Below, one piece after another: positions 55,849 to 64,000 of a stretch of 64,000 nt of DNA. The DNA lies in NCBI GenBank assembly GCA_032119595.1, contig JAUMBQ010000005.1, forward strand, positions 30,328 to 94,327. Reading direction: 5' to 3'. The position numbers and the translations under genes are program-made. The notes beneath the pieces were generated by a model that made no database searches, had not been told where the DNA came from, and saw only the letters and a list, made by a program, of their open reading frames with translations. The DNA comes from Solirubrobacteraceae bacterium. GTDB taxonomy: Bacteria > Actinomycetota > Thermoleophilia > Solirubrobacterales > Solirubrobacteraceae. The first letter of the stretch is position 1. Each line of letters starts with the position of its first letter.

Positions 55849-58317
55849 CTACCTCACCACGAAGTTCACGAGCTTGCCGCGCACGACGATCACCTTCACG
55901 ACCGTTTTGCCATCCAGGTGCGATGCGACGTTCGGCTCGCCACGCGCCAGGCGTTCAAGCTCGGCATCGTCGGCGTCCGCGGGCGCGGTCACGCGTCCGC
56001 GCACCTTGCCCATCACCTGGCAGACCAGCTCGATCTCGTCCGACTCCAGGTAGCGCGCCTCGGCCTGCGGCCACGGCTGTTCCCACAGACGCGCGCCGTC
56101 GTTGAGCAGCGCGTAGCCGTCGGTCGACACATGCGGGACGAACGGGTAGATCAGCGAGTTCGCCGTCGAGAGCGCGAAGCGGATGATCCCGGGCTCTGCG
56201 TCGCCACGCTTGGCCATCGAGAGTTCGTTGAGGAGCTCCATCACCGCCGCAATGGCCGTGTTGAAGTTGAAGCGCTCGCCGATGTCAGCGGTGACCTTGT
56301 CGATCGCCCAATGCGCCTTGCGCAGGATGCGCAGGCCGTCGGCGTTCGGCGACTCCGGCAGCGGATCGGCTGCAAGCGTGTCGGCCGCCTCGGCGCTCGT
56401 GCGCCACAGCCGCGAGATAAACCGCGACATGCCTTCGACGCCTTCGTCGCTCCAGTCGGCGTCTTGATCTGGCGGCCCGATGAACAGCACGTACGCGCGG
56501 AGCGTGTCGGCCCCGTAGCGCTCGACCATCACGCGCGGCGACACGACGTTGCCCTTGGACTTGGACATCTTCGCCCCGTCCTTGGTGATCATCCCCTGCG
56601 TAAACAGGTTCGCGAATGGTTCGCGGGTCTTGATCAGGCCAAGGTCGGCCAGCGCCTTCGTGAAGAAGCGCGCGTAGAGCAGGTGGAGGATCGCGTGCTC
56701 GACGCCGCCGATGTACTGATCGACTGGCATCCAGCGGTTCGCCCGCGCGGGATCCCAGGCGGCCGAATTGTTTTGCGCGTCCGTGTACCGCAGGAAGTAC
56801 CAGGACGAATCGACGAACGTGTCCATCGTGTCGGTCTCGCGCTTAGCGGGAGCGCTGCAGTTCGGGCACGGAACGTTGACCCAGTCCTCGGCGGCAGCGA
56901 GCGGCGACTTGCCCTTGGGCTTGTACTCCGTCACGTCGGGCAGCTCGACCGGAAGCTGGTCCTCGGGCACCGGCACGATGCCGCACGACGGGCAGTGGAT
57001 GATCGGGATCGGGCAGCCCCAGTAGCGCTGGCGGCTGAGCAGCCAGTCGCGCAGGCGGTAGTTGACCGTCGCGTGGCCTTTGCCCTCAGTGTCGAGCCAC
57101 GTGGTGATGGCGTCGAGCGCCTCGCGGTTCTGCTGCCCGTCGAACTGCGCGCCGGAGTTCATCAGCGGGCCGTCGCCGACGAACGGCAGCTCGGTGGCGA
57201 CGCCGTCCTGCGCGTCCGGGTCGGCGATGACCTGTTTGATCGGCAGGTCGAACTTCGTCGCGAAGTCGAAGTCGCGACCGTCGTGCGCGGGCACGGCCAT
57301 GATCGCGCCAGTGCCGTAGTCCATCAGCACGTAGTCGGCGACGTACATCGGCAGCTGCTCGCCGTTCACCGGGTTGGTGACGTAACGACCGAGGAAGACA
57401 CCGGTCTTCTCACGACTGTCGTCGCCACGCTCGTGCGCGTCACCCGTCATCGCCTCGCGGACGTAGTCGGCGACCGCCTGCTCCTGGTCGGTGCCCTTGG
57501 CGAGCGTGAGCACGTCGGCGTGCTCGGGGGCCATCACGAAGAACGTCGCGCCGAAGAGCGTGTCGGGGCGGGTGGTGAAGACGGTGTAGCTGGTGTCGGT
57601 GTCGTCGCAGCGGAACGCGACCTCGGCGCCCTGCGAGCGACCGATCCAGTTGCGCTGCATCGTCTTGACGTGCGGCGGCCAGTTGATGGTGTCGAGGTCT
57701 TCGAGGAGCTGGTCGGCGTAGTCGGTGATCCGGAAGAACCACTGCGTGAGTTGACGGATCTCCACGAGCGCGCCGGAGCGTTCGCCGCGGCCGTCAATCA
57801 CCTGCTCGTTGGCCAGGACCGTCTCCTCGACCGGGTCCCAGTTGACCGCCGCTTCCTTGCGGTACGCGAGGCCTCGCTCGAAGAACTGCAGGAAGATCCA
57901 CTGGGTCCAGCGGTAGTACTCAGGCGTGTGCGTGCCGAGCTCGCGGGTCCAGTCGATTGACACGCCCCAGCGGCGGAACTGCTCCTGGAAGCTCGCGATC
58001 GCAGCCTCGGTCGACACGCGCGGGTGCTGGCCGGTCTTGATCGCGTGGTTCTCGGCCGGCAGGCCGAAGGCGTCGTAGCCCATCGGGTGCAGGACGCGGT
58101 GGCCCGTGCGGCGCTTGAAGTGCGCCACGGCATCGCCGATCGTGTAGTTCTTGAGGTGGCCGACGTGCGGCTCGCCGCTCGGGTAGGGCAGCATCTCGAG
58201 CACGTAGGCGTCGCGATCGGTGGGGCCGTCCTCAGGCACCACCCACGTCTGCTCCTCCTCCCACACGCGCTGCCAGCGCGGCTCGATCTCCTGAGGGTCG
58301 TAGCGGTACTCGGCCAT
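55849..58317 (-). CDS. leuS: leucine--tRNA ligase
   Basis: The start is at MAEYRYDPQEIEPRWQRVWEEE. It has HVGH (class I HIGH) and KMSKSKGN (KMSKS). Confidence 0.97.
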   Translation of the reverse strand: MAEYRYDPQEIEPRWQRVWEEEQTWVVPEDGPTDRDAYVLEMLPYPSGEPHVGHLKNYTIGDAVAHFKRRTGHRVLHPMGYDAFGLPAENHAIKTGQHPRVSTEAAIASFQEQFRRWGVSIDWTRELGTHTPEYYRWTQWIFLQFFERGLAYRKEAAVNWDPVEETVLANEQVIDGRGERSGALVEIRQLTQWFFRITDYADQLLEDLDTINWPPHVKTMQRNWIGRSQGAEVAFRCDDTDTSYTVFTTRPDTLFGATFFVMAPEHADVLTLAKGTDQEQAVADYVREAMTGDAHERGDDSREKTGVFLGRYVTNPVNGEQLPMYVADYVLMDYGTGAIMAVPAHDGRDFDFATKFDLPIKQVIADPDAQDGVATELPFVGDGPLMNSGAQFDGQQNREALDAITTWLDTEGKGHATVNYRLRDWLLSRQRYWGCPIPIIHCPSCGIVPVPEDQLPVELPDVTEYKPKGKSPLAAAEDWVNVPCPNCSAPAKRETDTMDTFVDSSWYFLRYTDAQNNSAAWDPARANRWMPVDQYIGGVEHAILHLLYARFFTKALADLGLIKTREPFANLFTQGMITKDGAKMSKSKGNVVSPRVMVERYGADTLRAYVLFIGPPDQDADWSDEGVEGMSRFISRLWRTSAEAADTLAADPLPESPNADGLRILRKAHWAIDKVTADIGERFNFNTAIAAVMELLNELSMAKRGDAEPGIIRFALSTANSLIYPFVPHVSTDGYALLNDGARLWEQPWPQAEARYLESDEIELVCQVMGKVRGRVTAPADADDAELERLARGEPNVASHLDGKTVVKVIVVRGKLVNFVVR

Positions 58318-58444
58318 CTGTCGATGAGGATACGTGGGCAGGCGCGGCGGGGCTTTTCGCTCGGGCGCGGCGCCCGGCTCCCGAGCGAACCCATCGCCCG
58401 AGGGACACGCCATCCGCACCGAGCGCGAAGCCATCCGCGCGGGC

Positions 58445-59269
58445 TCAGCCCACGGCAGCAGCGCCCACTGCAATTTCGGTCGGCACGCCGAGCGGGAGCG
58501 CCTGCGCGGGCACGCCGCGCTCCGCGGCCGCCGCGAGGAACCGCTCGGCCGCGTCGGCCATCGGCTCATAGATCCCGCCGATCTCGTAGCCCTCAGCGTG
58601 AATCGGCACGGCAAGCCGCGCTCCGAGGAGCTGCGCGGCGACCGCAGCTTGCATCGGGTCCATCACGATCGGCAGCTCGCTGGCTGGCTTGCGGTGAGGG
58701 AACCGCACGCGCGCATCATTCACCGACGTCAAGACGACGTCGAACGGGCCGTGCCGCAGCGCCATCCGCCACCACGCGCCGTGGAACATCGTGTCGCCCA
58801 GGTGCAGCACCTTCACTCCGCCGGCTTCGACCAGCCACGCGACTTGCGGGTCACCGAGTCCATCGACGGCCGGGAGCGCTGTGACCGTGAAGGCACCGAT
58901 CGTCACCGACTCCCAGGGCGCCACCTGCCGACGATTCAGCCCGGCCACGCGGAACTCATGCTCGGCCTGCGCGAGCCCCAGCTCCTCGAGGTCGCCACCA
59001 CCGCCAGCCGGCGGACCAAGCACCGGGGCACCAGGCACGAGCGCGGCAGCCAGCGCGCCGGCGTCGGCGTGATCACGGTGCAGGTGCGTGACCAGCCCGG
59101 CGACGGCTCGCCCAGCGGCCGCCGGGACGACTTCCGGCAGCGGCGTGCCAGCCGCACGTTCGCCGAAGGGCGCGAACGCCGCCCCGGGATCGAGCAGCGG
59201 ATCGATCACCACTGTCGCGCCATCCAATTCGAGTTCGACCCCAGCCCATCCCAGCCATGTCAGTCGCAT
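58445..59269 (-). CDS. MBL-fold metallo-hydrolase (UlaG-like)
   Basis: MRLTWLGWAGVELELDG...VTHLHRDHAD. Divergent from the TetR gene. Confidence 0.8.
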   Translation of the reverse strand: MRLTWLGWAGVELELDGATVVIDPLLDPGAAFAPFGERAAGTPLPEVVPAAAGRAVAGLVTHLHRDHADAGALAAALVPGAPVLGPPAGGGGDLEELGLAQAEHEFRVAGLNRRQVAPWESVTIGAFTVTALPAVDGLGDPQVAWLVEAGGVKVLHLGDTMFHGAWWRMALRHGPFDVVLTSVNDARVRFPHRKPASELPIVMDPMQAAVAAQLLGARLAVPIHAEGYEIGGIYEPMADAAERFLAAAAERGVPAQALPLGVPTEIAVGAAAVG

Positions 59270-59355
59270 CGTCCATCCACTCCTTCGCATGTGGCGGCGG
59301 CCAGATCGACCGCCGCGCAGCGCAATTCGCCGCCCCTCGAGTTATACCGCACGAT

Positions 59356-59385
59356 CGTTCGTTCGTATTCTTTTACGCACGAACG
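59356..59385. promoter_or_regulatory. imperfect palindrome CGTTCGTTCGTA-N6-TACGCACGAACG (candidate TetR operator)
   Basis: 11 of 12 arm positions are complementary. It lies in the 137-bp divergent intergenic region between the MBL and TetR genes. Confidence 0.45.
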
Positions 59386-59406
59386 TTCGGCCGCTACGCT
59401 GCTCCT

Positions 59407-60006
59407 ATGGCCAGACGCTCCCTCGCCGATGTCGCCGACAGCCGAACGGCCGTCGTGGAGGCCGCCGTCGACCTCGCCTCCGTGATCGGCCTCGAAGGAC
59501 TGACCATCGGGCGCCTCGCAACCGACCTGTCGATGAGCAAGAGCGGCCTCATCGGACGCTTCGGCGACAAGGAGACCCTCCAGCGCGCCGTGCTTCAAGC
59601 GGCCATCGAGCGCTTCACCGCCGCCGTCTGGGAACCAGCCGCCGGCGCCGCGGCGGGCCTGCCGCGCCTGGAGGCCGTGATCGACCACTGGATCGAGCAC
59701 CTGCGCTCAGACACCTTCCCTGGCGGCTGCTTTCTCACCACGGCCTCCGTCGAGTACGACGCCCGCCCCGGCCCCCTCCACGACGACATCGCCGCCGCCG
59801 TCCACCGCTGGCTCACCGTCCTGCAGCACGACGCCACCACCGCCCAGGCCGCAGGCGACCTCCCTCCCACCACCGACCCAGCCGACGTCGCGTTCCAGCT
59901 CTACAGCCTCGCCTCAGGAGGCAGCGTCGCCGCGAGGATCACGGACGATGCCAAAGGCCTCGACCGAGTTCGCACGGCCATGCGACGCACGATCGGACTC
60001 AACTAG
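59407..60006 (+). CDS. TetR/AcrR family transcriptional regulator
   Basis: HTH: AAVDLASVIGLEGLTIGRLATDLSMSKSGLIGRFGDKETLQ. Confidence 0.9.
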   Translation: MARRSLADVADSRTAVVEAAVDLASVIGLEGLTIGRLATDLSMSKSGLIGRFGDKETLQRAVLQAAIERFTAAVWEPAAGAAAGLPRLEAVIDHWIEHLRSDTFPGGCFLTTASVEYDARPGPLHDDIAAAVHRWLTVLQHDATTAQAAGDLPPTTDPADVAFQLYSLASGGSVAARITDDAKGLDRVRTAMRRTIGLN

Positions 60007-60039
60007 ATCGACGGGCGACAGACCACCCGACCCGCTCAG

Positions 60040-60156
60040 ACCCCCAGGGACGCGGAAACGAAGCATGCCCGCACTCCACGACTCGCGGTCACGAGGGCCC
60101 CGCGAAGCGGTACGAAGGCCCCCGCAAGCGAAGGCCTTCGTACCCGAGCGTGGAGC
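60040..60156. repeat. left copy of a ~120-bp direct repeat (modules A+B, ending in a degenerate tRNA-Ala 3' fragment)
   Basis: Module B (60112-60156) matches 62445-62489 at 44 of 45 positions. Module A (60040-60110) aligns with 62165-62245. Confidence 0.8.
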
Positions 60157-60163
60157 CGAACGA

Positions 60164-62053
60164 CTAGGGGGTGATAGCCGCCGCGTAGAGCTGGCTGATC
60201 TTCGCGGCCGTGAGCCCAGTCGAGAACACGGCGACATCGTCGATCCCACCCTTGAAGCGCAGCGCACCACCGTAGGCCCCGATCTGGCCCCCGACGGCGG
60301 TCGTGCCGGCGCTCAGCGCATACGTGCCGACGGCCACGCCGTTGCGGTACACGACCAGCTGGCTGCCGCTTGCGACGAGTGCCCAGTGCACCCAAGTGCC
60401 AACGTTGCTGGCTGTGGCGATCGTGGCGCTCGTCGCCGTGCCACCCAGACGATCCGCGGTGAACGAGACCGACGTCTGGCCGACTTTGATCGACGCGCCA
60501 CCCTCGCCACCAAACACGTAGCCCGACGGAGCACCCGAATCGACCTTCGTCCACGCCGACACCGTGAAGTCGGAGCCCGTGTAGACGGTCGGGACGGTCA
60601 CATGACGCGTTCCGCCGAAGTACTGGCTCGTGTCGCTGGTGCCGAGGCCTGGGCCCGTCAGACCGTAGGTGCCGGCGGCCGGCGTGGCACCGTCGCTCGC
60701 GAGGCCCGCGTTCGCCGGTGTGCCTGCGCTGTCGTGGATGCGCCCGGACAGCGTTGGCTGATCGAGCAGGCGAACGGCGCGGGGCTCACCGAGACGCCAG
60801 AACGCCGCAAGGCCGGTCGTGGCGAGCACGCTGTTTGCGTAGCGCGCCTTCGGGACGATCCGCACGCCGTAGCTGTTATCGGAGCCCTTCCAGAGCACTT
60901 CGACCTTGAGGCCGGAGGTCGGCTCGGTGTAGGTCGCACCTGCCGGCCAGGCACCTGGCGCTCCGCCCGGCACACTGGGGCAGGAGCCGCTCGGGCGCTG
61001 CACGATCGCAGTGCCCAAAGTCTGGTCGATCGAGGCAGTGTTGACCAACGTGATCACGACGCCGTCGCGGCAGCCGGGCGTCTCGCCGGCGACCGGTGCG
61101 CGCACCTCGACCGTGAGCTCACGCGAGGTTGACAAGGGCACGCTCAGCACCTTCTTGCCACTCGTCAACGTGGAGTCGATCGGTAGGACCGCCGACACCA
61201 GCGCGCCAGTCGTGCCCGGAACGCACACGACCTGTGACGCACCGATCCATTCGAGACCGAGCTGGCCCGCGGCCAACGGCGCTAGCCAGGGGGAGGAATG
61301 GCTGGCCATGATGTCGTAGCCGGCCGTGAGCGTGGAGTCGCTCGGCTGGATATAGAGGTCTGCGAGGCCCAGACCGTGGAGGGTCTCATGGGCGAGGGTG
61401 GCCTGGTCGGCGTTGACCGGGGCTCGGTAGCCACTTTGGATCGTGGCTCCGCCGGGCGCCGTGAACGGTCGGGTCGTCGCGTTCGCGCGGTACGGCGTCG
61501 GCAGGATCGCCCCAACGAAGTCGACGCTCGAGTAGATGCCGTTGCCGAACTGCGCGCTGGCGAGCGCCATCGCGTCATCGAGCAACTCGTATGGCTTGGT
61601 GTTGTAGTACGAGGACTCATGCGGCATCCGCAGCCACGTGGGCGAGGCGTTGGCGAAGTGCGTTGACACGGAGAACTGACCGCGGCTCAGCGACCCGAAC
61701 GGACCGGCGTCCAGCAGCGTTGGGACCGCGGCGGTGAGATCGGCCTGTGCACCGTTGCCAGGGCCGGTGCTTCCACCTGTCGGACTCGGGAAGTCCACCG
61801 GAATGAGCAGCGTCGACCTCGAGCCCGTGGCGGCCAAGGGATAAGCCGGCACTGAGCCGTAGGCGTTGCCGCGGCCAGGCGTTGAGCCCGTCTGGCCGAA
61901 GCGCGGCAGCGCGCACGGGCCACTGGTGAGCGCCTGGGCCTGCGGTGCAACGACCGCAGCGCCGACGGCGATCACACCGACGGTCGAAACAACGCGCAAG
62001 ACGCGTTTACGGATTGGAATCACCGCAGAGCGGCGCACGTGGAGGTGGGACAT
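60164..62053 (-). CDS. secreted M6-like (immune inhibitor A-type) zinc metalloprotease fused to a LamG/concanavalin-like domain
   Basis: The start is at MSHLHVRRSAVIPIRKRVLRVVSTVGVIAVGAAVVAPQAQA|LT (ATG 62053). HETLHGLGLADLY matches the M6 pattern HExxHxLGLxDxY. The C-terminal FTVSAWTKVD...WVHWALVASGSQLVVYRNG...GGIDDVAVF is LamG-like. Confidence 0.8.
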   Translation of the reverse strand: MSHLHVRRSAVIPIRKRVLRVVSTVGVIAVGAAVVAPQAQALTSGPCALPRFGQTGSTPGRGNAYGSVPAYPLAATGSRSTLLIPVDFPSPTGGSTGPGNGAQADLTAAVPTLLDAGPFGSLSRGQFSVSTHFANASPTWLRMPHESSYYNTKPYELLDDAMALASAQFGNGIYSSVDFVGAILPTPYRANATTRPFTAPGGATIQSGYRAPVNADQATLAHETLHGLGLADLYIQPSDSTLTAGYDIMASHSSPWLAPLAAGQLGLEWIGASQVVCVPGTTGALVSAVLPIDSTLTSGKKVLSVPLSTSRELTVEVRAPVAGETPGCRDGVVITLVNTASIDQTLGTAIVQRPSGSCPSVPGGAPGAWPAGATYTEPTSGLKVEVLWKGSDNSYGVRIVPKARYANSVLATTGLAAFWRLGEPRAVRLLDQPTLSGRIHDSAGTPANAGLASDGATPAAGTYGLTGPGLGTSDTSQYFGGTRHVTVPTVYTGSDFTVSAWTKVDSGAPSGYVFGGEGGASIKVGQTSVSFTADRLGGTATSATIATASNVGTWVHWALVASGSQLVVYRNGVAVGTYALSAGTTAVGGQIGAYGGALRFKGGIDDVAVFSTGLTAAKISQLYAAAITP

Positions 62054-62164
62054 GATTCGAACATACTCTACGGCCCTAGAGGCGTCAATCTGTCCCGGAG
62101 ACCCACCGAATAGCCCAGGCCTTCGAGTACCGGAGAAGCGAAGCAGAGTCCTCAAACCCGCCAA

Positions 62165-62245
62165 CCTGCCCAGACCCCCCAGAACGGGGCAAGCGAAGCA
62201 GTGCCCGCAAGCACCACGACCCGCGGTCACGAAGCCGCCGCGCAG
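62165..62245. repeat. right copy of repeat module A
   Basis: CAGACCCCCCAGAACGGGGCAAGCGAAGCAGTGCCCGCAAGCACCACGACCCGCGGTCACGAAGCCGCCGCGCAGCGG aligns with 60037-60110. Confidence 0.7.
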
Positions 62246-62290
62246 CGGGGGCCGCAACCCACCAACGCCGCCATGGCTACCAGCGAGCCA

Positions 62291-62409
62291 GGGCGGGCCG
62301 GGGGTGACCCCGCCGGGGCGAGTCCGCGGCCGATCGTACGGTTCTGCCCGCCAGGGCATAACCGGATGATCGGATCGTCGGCCCCGGCGGGGTCACCCCC
62401 GGCCCGCCC
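62291..62409. repeat. 119-bp GC-rich palindromic element, copy 2
   Basis: Perfect 29-nt arms GGGCGGGCCGGGGGTGACCCCGCCGGGGC / GCCCCGGCGGGGTCACCCCCGGCCCGCCC. It has the same length, orientation and central motif (GAGTCCGCGGC...CATAACCGGA...GATCGTCG) as copy 1. Confidence 0.85.
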
Positions 62410-62444
62410 GAGACCCGCCCAACCCACCAAACGGCGCCGAAACG

Positions 62445-62489
62445 ACGAAGGCCCCCGCAAGCGAAGGCCTTCGTACCCGAGAGTGGAGC
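62445..62489. repeat. right copy of repeat module B (hairpin ACGAAGGCC-N12-GGCCTTCGT; likely tRNA-Ala terminator)
   Basis: 44/45 identical to 60112-60156. Its last 6 nt are the tRNA-Ala 3' end. Confidence 0.8.
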
Positions 62490-62556
62490 TGAGGGGACTC
62501 GAACCCCTGACTTCCGCCATGCCATGGCGGCGCTCTACCAGCTGAGCTACAGCCCC
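62484..62556 (-). tRNA. tRNA-Ala (anticodon GGC)
   Basis: 73 nt. Acceptor GGGGCTG/CAGCTCC with G3:U70. D arm GCTC-AGCTGGTA-GAGC. Anticodon arm CCGCC-ATGGCAT-GGCGG. T arm AGGGG-TTCGAGT-CCCCT. CCA is not encoded. Confidence 0.95.
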
Positions 62557-62712
62557 GCGGGAGCGAGGATGTTACCAGCGACGAGTTGGGGACGCGTCGT
62601 GGAAGGCCGCCGTGAGCGCGGGCTTGCGGATTGACCGTCCTGGAACGAAAAGAGCCCCGCAGGGCGGGGCACTTTCGATGACGGTTGGTGGGTCGGCCGG
62701 AGCCGGTGCTCG

Positions 62713-63786
62713 CTACGCGAGGAACTCCGGGATGTCGAAGTCGCGCTCGGTGGCGTTCGAGATGGAGATGAAATCGGGGACGCCGAGTTCGTCGTCGCTG
62801 CTCAGGCTCGTCGTCCGCGAGGTCCGCCGGGCTGAGATCTCGGGTCGCCCCCGGCGCTCATCCTCCGCTGGCGGGTTGGATACCGCGTCGAGCCGTGAGA
62901 TGAGGGCGCGGTGGGCCTGCTGCGTGTCGCGCAGGATGCGTTCGCCGTTGGAGCGCATCGATGCACCGAGCTGCTGGAGGTTGGCACCGAGTTCGTTGCC
63001 CTCTTCGAGGACTTCGGAGGCGGCGGCGCGGGCGTTGCTCACGATTTCGCGGCTGCGCTTGACGGCTTCGTCGCGGCGCTCTTTGACTTCGCGCTCAACC
63101 TCGGCGCGCAGCGCGATGGCTTCTTCTTCCACACCGGCCATGATGCGGTCGCGCTCGCCTTTGGCTTCTTCGCGGATCTGGCGAAGTTCCATTTCGGCAG
63201 CGGACTTCTCGCGGGCCAGTTCGCCGCGCACTTGGCGGCGCAGCTGGTCGGCTTCGTGCTCGGAGACGCCGATGATCTCGTCGGCCTCGCCCTGTGCCGA
63301 GGAGATGAGTTCGTCGACTTCGCCGCGCGTCTCGCGGACGAGCTGCTCGGCTTCGGCGCGGGCGGCGTCAAGGATCTGTGCGGCTTCGCGCTGAACGGCG
63401 TCGCGCTCAGCGATCGCGTGCTCGCGGGCACGGGCAGCGCTCTCGCGGGCCTTCGCCTCAGCGCGGGCAGCGCGGGCCTTGCCGGCGGCGATGATCTCGC
63501 TCGCTTCACGCTCAGCAGCTTCGACGCGCAACTCGGCGGCGCGGTCGGCTTCACTGATGCGCTCGCGGGCGCGGCGCTCGGCCTGGCGACGGAGTTCCTC
63601 GGCGGCGCGCTCGGCAGCGTCAACGACGAGCTCCACGCGTGCGGACGCGTTGCCCCACGGGGTGCTCTTCCCGCCCTTGGCGTTCGGGGTGGTCCCTGAA
63701 GCCTCGCCCGCGAAGGGGCGCACGGGCTCGGGCGTGCCTTCGGCTTCTGCCATGCCCGCGATGGTACGCGTCGCTCCGGTCGTCAT
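62713..63786 (-). CDS. long coiled-coil protein with C-terminal FtsZ-CTP-like motifs
   Basis: The start is at MTTGATRTIAGMAEAEG (ATG 63786). About 250 aa are Ala/Glu/Arg heptad-like sequence (AEELRRQAERRARERISEADRAAELRVEAAEREA...). The C-terminus is DDELGVPDFISISNATERDFDIPEFLA. Confidence 0.7.
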   Translation of the reverse strand: MTTGATRTIAGMAEAEGTPEPVRPFAGEASGTTPNAKGGKSTPWGNASARVELVVDAAERAAEELRRQAERRARERISEADRAAELRVEAAEREASEIIAAGKARAARAEAKARESAARAREHAIAERDAVQREAAQILDAARAEAEQLVRETRGEVDELISSAQGEADEIIGVSEHEADQLRRQVRGELAREKSAAEMELRQIREEAKGERDRIMAGVEEEAIALRAEVEREVKERRDEAVKRSREIVSNARAAASEVLEEGNELGANLQQLGASMRSNGERILRDTQQAHRALISRLDAVSNPPAEDERRGRPEISARRTSRTTSLSSDDELGVPDFISISNATERDFDIPEFLA

Positions 63787-64000
63787 GGCCGTTCCTTTCG
63801 TCGAAGCGGCCAATGGTCCTTCCCAAATCGCGAGAACTCTTCGGCGTCCTGGACGGATGTGGCGCCCCGCCGCGCGCGCCCCGCCAACGCAAAGGCCCCG
63901 TCGAAACGGGCCCCAAAGGAAATCTGGCCCGACCCCGCCCAGTCCAGGCCCCGTCGGAACGCAGCACAAGGAATCCGGACCCGCCCTTCCACGCAAGCCC

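Noticed and set aside
58358-58387. Hairpin CGCTCGGG-N14-CCCGAGCG between the MBL gene and leuS, as a terminator or T-box element.
   Set aside because: There is no U-tract on the transcribed (minus) strand, and there are no T-box specifier or antiterminator features. T-box control of leuS is not expected in this lineage.
60040-62556. Prophage or integrative element at tRNA-Ala.
   Set aside because: The repeat-bracketed segment is only ~2.3 kb, carries a single cargo gene and has no integrase, excisionase or phage genes. It is kept as a finding only as a possible decayed cassette.

Overview
High-GC (roughly 70% by eye) Actinomycetota-type chromosomal window. The core backbone is leuS, comEA-comEC, holA, rpsT, murJ and lepA (the conserved actinobacterial comE-holA-rpsT-lepA neighbourhood), plus mutA-mutB-meaB, two CNNM/CorC transporters, two GDPD phosphodiesterases, an S11 DD-carboxypeptidase, a CPA1 antiporter and tRNA-Ala(GGC). 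Accessory content is interleaved with this backbone. (1) About 10.3-17.1 kb is an island of hypothetical genes, mostly on the minus strand, with visibly poorer third-position GC. It includes a TM-anchored Nudix-like protein, HEAT-like proteins and a META-domain protein. (2) 17.3-20.9 kb holds the circularly permuted ATP-grasp / alpha-E / transglutaminase operon. It has been described computationally, but its function is unknown. (3) There are at least six large secreted or surface proteins. These include a 1671-1679 aa delta-60-repeat/PKD protein, a YVTN beta-propeller with a collagen-like GXY tract, and an M6-like metalloprotease fused to LamG. Four of them share a Lys/Arg-rich C-terminal beta-type module that I could not name. 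(4) Intergenic repeat content is unusually rich. It includes a 119-bp palindromic element in two copies with paired (compensatory) substitutions, and a second palindromic element with 19-bp perfect arms. It also includes tandem 135-bp units ending in AT-flanked hairpins, 51-bp hairpin repeats, 33-bp tandem repeats and a 14-unit heptamer array. Three genes carry tandem duplications spanning their stop codons, and ~120-bp direct repeats bracket the protease gene next to tRNA-Ala. No CRISPR array, rRNA, integrase or transposase gene was recognised. I cannot point to a single proven novel system. The best candidates for follow-up are the structured palindromic repeat family, the tRNA-Ala-linked cassette, the shared C-terminal module, the TM-Nudix island gene, and a coiled-coil protein ending in two FtsZ-C-terminal-peptide-like motifs. 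All function calls rest on motif recognition by eye; no database search was run.
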